DNA of 58,743 bases from a virus (lineage: Duplodnaviria; Caudoviricetes): the IMG/VR virus record IMGVR_UViG_3300032293_000861, positions 1 to 58,743 of that record. One strand, given 5' to 3'. Positions 54,710 to 58,743 of this stretch are shown piece after piece. The notes below the pieces were generated by a model. The model saw only the letters and a program-made list of their open reading frames with translations, did no database searches and was not told the origin of the DNA. Numbering within the stretch: position 1 is the stretch's first letter; each line of letters starts with the position of its first letter. Position numbers and translations under genes: made by a program.

Positions 54710-57700
54710 ATGGCTACTTTATCCGACCCAAATAAACCAACCTCCTCATTCCTAAAGTTCGATGAATGGCTCCAGAGACCGGAGACCTCGAATAAGTTTG
54801 ACACCCTTCGTGTCGATAGTCTGTTAGGCAAATCTGCCCCCGCAGACGATTATCATAGACCCGTCAAGGAATACGGTAACTATGTTCGTCAGTCCTTGTT
54901 GAGTTCCAACAAGTATTCCGGAGCGGACTCTGAGAATGAGATCCGCCAAGGGATGGCAAACATCCTTGATTATTACGGAGCAGTCGAAAAAACCGAAGAC
55001 GAAGAAGACGAAGAAGCCCGTAAAAAAGCCCGTCAAGAAGCCCTCGATAAGACAGGGATCTTCATGGAAGATGAGCTTGATACCGAAAAGCTCATAGGGC
55101 TTGCCCGTGATAGTGACAACCTGACCAAAGACGAACGGGACGTTCTTTCCGAGTATGTTGCCTTTAGGGATGTCCTCAACGAACGGGATGAAGCAGTCTC
55201 GTATGAGTATTCGGAACTTAAAAAAGAAGGTTTTGCGGACGGTGTAGAAGACAAATACAACATCCTCAAGGCCGAAGCTGATAAGATCGTATCCGATCCC
55301 TTGTTCCAGAACAAGATCAAGCGAGATCTGGTTTCCCAAGGGAGTTTCCGCATGGCGGAAATCTACCGAGAAAAGGGTGGTCAATTGGAACTGGATAAGG
55401 ACGGGAAACCCATCAAGGATTTGTTCTTCCCCCGTGGTGTTCCGCAAGAACAAATTAACGCGGAGATCAACAAGGCATACTCTGCTGGGGTGTTGGGGGC
55501 AAGTAAAGCGGCAGACGCTTTCAGTGCTTTGTCCCCAGTGGAAGGACTCAAGGTTGATGGGTCTGATATCCGGTGGGTTGATTACGGACGGTCCAAAGAG
55601 CTAAGTGGGGTAGTCTTTCAATCTATTAAGGATGACCCCTACTTCTCAGAGAGGTTTGGCGAGATCAAAGAAAAAATTGCGGGGGATCAATATCTCAAAA
55701 ATACCCCAGAAAAAACTCTCTTGGAGAATATCACTTCTCCTTTGGATGCTGTGTCTTCCCTTTACTATGGATCACAGGCAACTGAGAGATCCAAACAGGA
55801 TCTGACCGGGGTTTATGAATCAATCGCGGGGGAACTCAACAGGTCTGGTCTTCTTGATAAAGGTGACTCTGTAACGGTTGAAGAAATCAAACCGATTATT
55901 GATACGCTTGCGATGCGCCAAGCCTACTCTGACGGCACAGTTCGCTTTTCAGAAATTGAGGGGGACGATCCGAAACAGGCAGCAGCCAATATTGCGGTAG
56001 CCCCGGACGGGAGTGTTGTGATGCACCCCGCTGCCATGATGAGAAAGACTTCTTTTGAAGCAACATTAGAGGCAAAGAAAGACGAACTGACCCCGCAGCA
56101 GATCGCCGCAGCTAGGCTGGATAGGGAAACAATGATGGTTGAACGTGCGCCCGAAACTGCTAAGCAACTCGCTAGCCAGATGGGGGAGAAGTGGATCACT
56201 TTCCAAGCAGAGGTAATTGGGTCTGGCAAGACCCAGAAGGATGCTGTTGAACTATTCCTTGAGGACCGGGATAACTTCAATGAATTCAAGACCCGTGCAG
56301 CAGGTGTCGGGGCATCGATCAAGGATTCTGTGTGGGGCACGCTTCTTGCCATTCCTGCTTTGGGAGGGAACGAACAATCCAGAGACTATTTCATCAACTA
56401 CGCTAAGGAACAGCAAGAGCGTCGTAACGTAGCTAACCTCTTTGGAGTTCAGTTTGGCATCGAACAGGACATCGCAGAAGGTCTCACCCCGGTCATCGTT
56501 GACGGGCTTGTGACCCTTGGGGTGTCTACCGTAGCTACCCCCGTGGCGGGGGCAGGGTATCTGGCGGCACGGTCTGGCGCACGGATGACGATGAAGGGTC
56601 TTATGACCGCAGCCCTTGGCAAAGGGTTACGAGAGACCACAGAGATGTCCGCTGAAAAGCTTCTGATGAAGGAGTCCTTGGAAGGAGCCTTCAAAAAGTC
56701 CGTGTCGCCGGAAGAAGCCCTTGGTCTAATCAAACAATACAACACGGCGCTTAACTCTGATTGGGTGAAGGCTCCTGCATACTTCCTACCGACAGCAAAC
56801 CGTGTCGCCGGGATGAGTTACAGCAGCACTTATGCGACCTTGTCCGAGATGAAGAAACCGGACGGGACTCCGATGTATACCCCGGAGGAAGTCCGAAAAG
56901 CATCACTATCTTCCGGCCTTATCCAAGGTGGGCTTAGTGCTATTCTTGCCACCACCTTTTCGGTGGTTGGTAAAGCAGGTGGGGTTGAGGAACTGTTCAT
57001 GGCAGGAGCCAACAAGAAGCAGATGCTCAGTGCGATCAATCAGTTCGCTGATACATCTGGCATCACCACCAAGATCAACGGTCGCCTTACCGAAAAGACC
57101 TTTAAAGAAGTCACTGCTAAACGACTCAAGGAAACCATTAAAGAAAATGGTCTTAGTGGGATCGCTTCCCAATCGCGCCTGATGACTGGGGTGGCTGGTG
57201 GTGTGAAGATGGGTCTTGAAGAGTTTCCGGAAGAAGCTTTGGATCAGTTCGTCAATGGCATCGTGGAAACCAGTTTTACAGGGGAAGATAAACCCTTGTT
57301 TGATCGGATGAGCGAAGCACTGCACGCAGGTGTTGTTGGTCTTGCTATCGGTGGTGGTCTTGGGGCTGCGAAAGCAACGTCGAATCAATTTAGCAAGGGT
57401 AGCCAACGGGCAACCCAACTTGCCCAACGGCAGATGGAGAGTGACTTTGTAAGCAAGGTTACTGGTGACCTCCGCAAGTCTGGGTCTCCAATCACGGCAG
57501 ATCTGGTTGAAGCTGTCCTACGTAAATCCTCTGGGCGAGCCGGGGTTCGCGTTGGAAATAAGACTGTTTCTGCTGGGGATCTCCTTGCAGCGACTTTGAA
57601 CAAACCTGCTGCTCCTACGCCGACTCCTGCCGCTGCCGCACCTACCGCTGCACCCACACCGACCCCTGTTGCCGCTGCCGCACCTATCGCTGCACCCACA

Positions 57701-58743
57701 CCGACCCCTGTTGCCGCAGCAACTACACTGACCCCTGTTGCCGCTGCATCTACGCCGATCCCTGTTGCCGCTGAACCTGCTTCCGTTGCACCTACGCTGA
57801 CTCCTGTGGCTGCTTCCGCCACGACAACCCCAACCCGTCGAGCGAGACCAAGTGGACCTTTTGGGGCAGAGTCCGGGCGTATGCGATACACACCGTGGAC
57901 CAGAGCTACAAGCCCTGAGGTTCCAGAAGCTACTGTAGAACAAGGTGAAGAGATCATCAAAGCCATTGAGGAAGACTCAAGGAACCTCATGGACACGACC
58001 CTAGAGCTTGGGACGGATGACATCCCAAAAACTCCAGTTCCTAATAACCCTAAGCTTAAACAACAGGCTGCTGCGGCTGCTGTTCAAGCTGGTCAGCAGA
58101 CCAGATCCAAGTCAGCGAAGAATAAAAAAACAGCGCAGACGGGGGTTGTCAAAAGAGTTTCCGAAAAAGCTGGGGTTGATGCACAACAAGTCAGTCAACA
58201 GATTTCTGCGACACCCAATCGGACCCCACAACTAGTTACCAAGCAAGCTATCAAAAGCGAAACTGGTGACCCAAGAGACAACATCAACAGCAACTATGCT
58301 GTTGATGAAGATGAGGTTGTAGGGGTAATAGAAATCACCCCAAGCAGTTTGGGTAACCTACGAACACTGTGGAGTGAAGTGAGCGACATTTTTGATGTAA
58401 TCAGTGACCCATCAACACGAAGCACGGATATTGTGGAAGGCACTGATCTGGACCCTGATCAAACGATTGAGCTTTTGCTTGTATCCGAGGATATCTACAA
58501 AATCTTTCCGGGTATACCAGAAAACCTTGCTACAGTTCCTACGACTTCAAAGGATATATTTAACTGGCTTCAAGATTTTGAAGGTTGGCTAGACCAACAA
58601 CAGTCTCAGCTTGAGACTACGCCGACGAAAGTTGCACCGACGAAAGTTGCACCGCCGAAAGTTGCACCGCCGAAAGTTGCACCGCCGAAAGTTGCACCGC
58701 CGAAAGTTGCACCGCCGAAAGTTGCACCGCCGAAAGTTGCACC
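54710..58743 (+). CDS. N-terminal ~1,340 aa of the giant virion protein (open to the contig end, continues at position 2)
   Basis: ATG 54710 (MATLSDPNK...); the frame is open wherever I translated it; GLEEFPEEALDQ motif; Ala/Pro/Thr linker at 57601-57830; ends in KVAPP repeats. Confidence 0.85.
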   Translation, partial: MATLSDPNKPTSSFLKFDEWLQRPETSNKFDTLRVDSLLGKSAPADDYHRPVKEYGNYVRQSLLSSNKYSGADSENEIRQGMANILDYYGAVEKTEDEEDEEARKKARQEALDKTGIFMEDELDTEKLIGLARDSDNLTKDERDVLSEYVAFRDVLNERDEAVSYEYSELKKEGFADGVEDKYNILKAEADKIVSDPLFQNKIKRDLVSQGSFRMAEIYREKGGQLELDKDGKPIKDLFFPRGVPQEQINAEINKAYSAGVLGASKAADAFSALSPVEGLKVDGSDIRWVDYGRSKELSGVVFQSIKDDPYFSERFGEIKEKIAGDQYLKNTPEKTLLENITSPLDAVSSLYYGSQATERSKQDLTGVYESIAGELNRSGLLDKGDSVTVEEIKPIIDTLAMRQAYSDGTVRFSEIEGDDPKQAAANIAVAPDGSVVMHPAAMMRKTSFEATLEAKKDELTPQQIAAARLDRETMMVERAPETAKQLASQMGEKWITFQAEVIGSGKTQKDAVELFLEDRDNFNEFKTRAAGVGASIKDSVWGTLLAIPALGGNEQSRDYFINYAKEQQERRNVANLFGVQFGIEQDIAEGLTPVIVDGLVTLGVSTVATPVAGAGYLAARSGARMTMKGLMTAALGKGLRETTEMSAEKLLMKESLEGAFKKSVSPEEALGLIKQYNTALNSDWVKAPAYFLPTANRVAGMSYSSTYATLSEMKKPDGTPMYTPEEVRKASLSSGLIQGGLSAILATTFSVVGKAGGVEELFMAGANKKQMLSAINQFADTSGITTKINGRLTEKTFKEVTAKRLKETIKENGLSGIASQSRLMTGVAGGVKMGLEEFPEEALDQFVNGIVETSFTGEDKPLFDRMSEALHAGVVGLAIGGGLGAAKATSNQFSKGSQRATQLAQRQMESDFVSKVTGDLRKSGSPITADLVEAVLRKSSGRAGVRVGNKTVSAGDLLAATLNKPAAPTPTPAAAAPTAAPTPTPVAAAAPIAAPTPTPVAAATTLTPVAAASTPIPVAAEPASVAPTLTPVAASATTTPTRRARPSGPFGAESGRMRYTPWTRATSPEVPEATVEQGEEIIKAIEEDSRNLMDTTLELGTDDIPKTPVPNNPKLKQQAAAAAVQAGQQTRSKSAKNKKTAQTGVVKRVSEKAGVDAQQVSQQISATPNRTPQLVTKQAIKSETGDPRDNINSNYAVDEDEVVGVIEITPSSLGNLRTLWSEVSDIFDVISDPSTRSTDIVEGTDLDPDQTIELLLVSEDIYKIFPGIPENLATVPTTSKDIFNWLQDFEGWLDQQQSQLETTPTKVAPTKVAPPKVAPPKVAPPKVAPPKVAPPKVAPPKVA
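58627..58743 (+). repeat. 15-bp tandem repeat (KVAPP)n, right contig end
   Basis: Same unit as positions 1-133. Confidence 0.95.

Noticed and set aside
1-58743. Prophage/lysogeny module, tRNA genes or alternative genetic code
   Set aside because: I saw no integrase, repressor pair, host flanks or cloverleaf, and genes are intact and densely packed under the standard code.

Overview
This window looks like a complete, circularly permuted genome of a lytic, podovirus-like tailed phage (about 58.6 kb). The last 102 nt are identical to the first 102 nt and lie in a 15-bp coding tandem repeat. One giant ORF (54710 to end, then 1-9682, about 4,540 aa, not joined in the ORF track) runs across the join and resembles a virion-delivered polyvalent/ejection protein. 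Layout: (i) a minus-strand early/accessory region at 9.7-19.2 kb whose genes are separated by conserved, covarying structured elements; (ii) a plus-strand head, tail and lysis block at 19.4-35.1 kb containing two glycosyltransferases and three proteins with poly-serine tracts; (iii) a minus-strand replication block at 35.1-46.2 kb (primase-helicase, family A DNA polymerase, SSB, a split Cas4-like nuclease, SF2 helicase, RuvC-like resolvase, probable TerS); (iv) TerL, a collagen tail fibre and probable internal virion proteins. I found no integrase, RNA polymerase, tRNA or CRISPR array. Most notable: five copies of a covarying 5'-UTR pseudoknot and nine TTAG..CTAA hairpins punctuating the early genes, a putative virion O-glycosylation system (poly-Ser acceptors plus a TibC-like GT9 and a GT8-methyltransferase fusion), a ~120-bp inverted repeat pair with a 32-bp palindrome about half a genome apart, and a tandem RNA motif upstream of the capsid gene. 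All family assignments come from reading motifs by eye, not from database searches.
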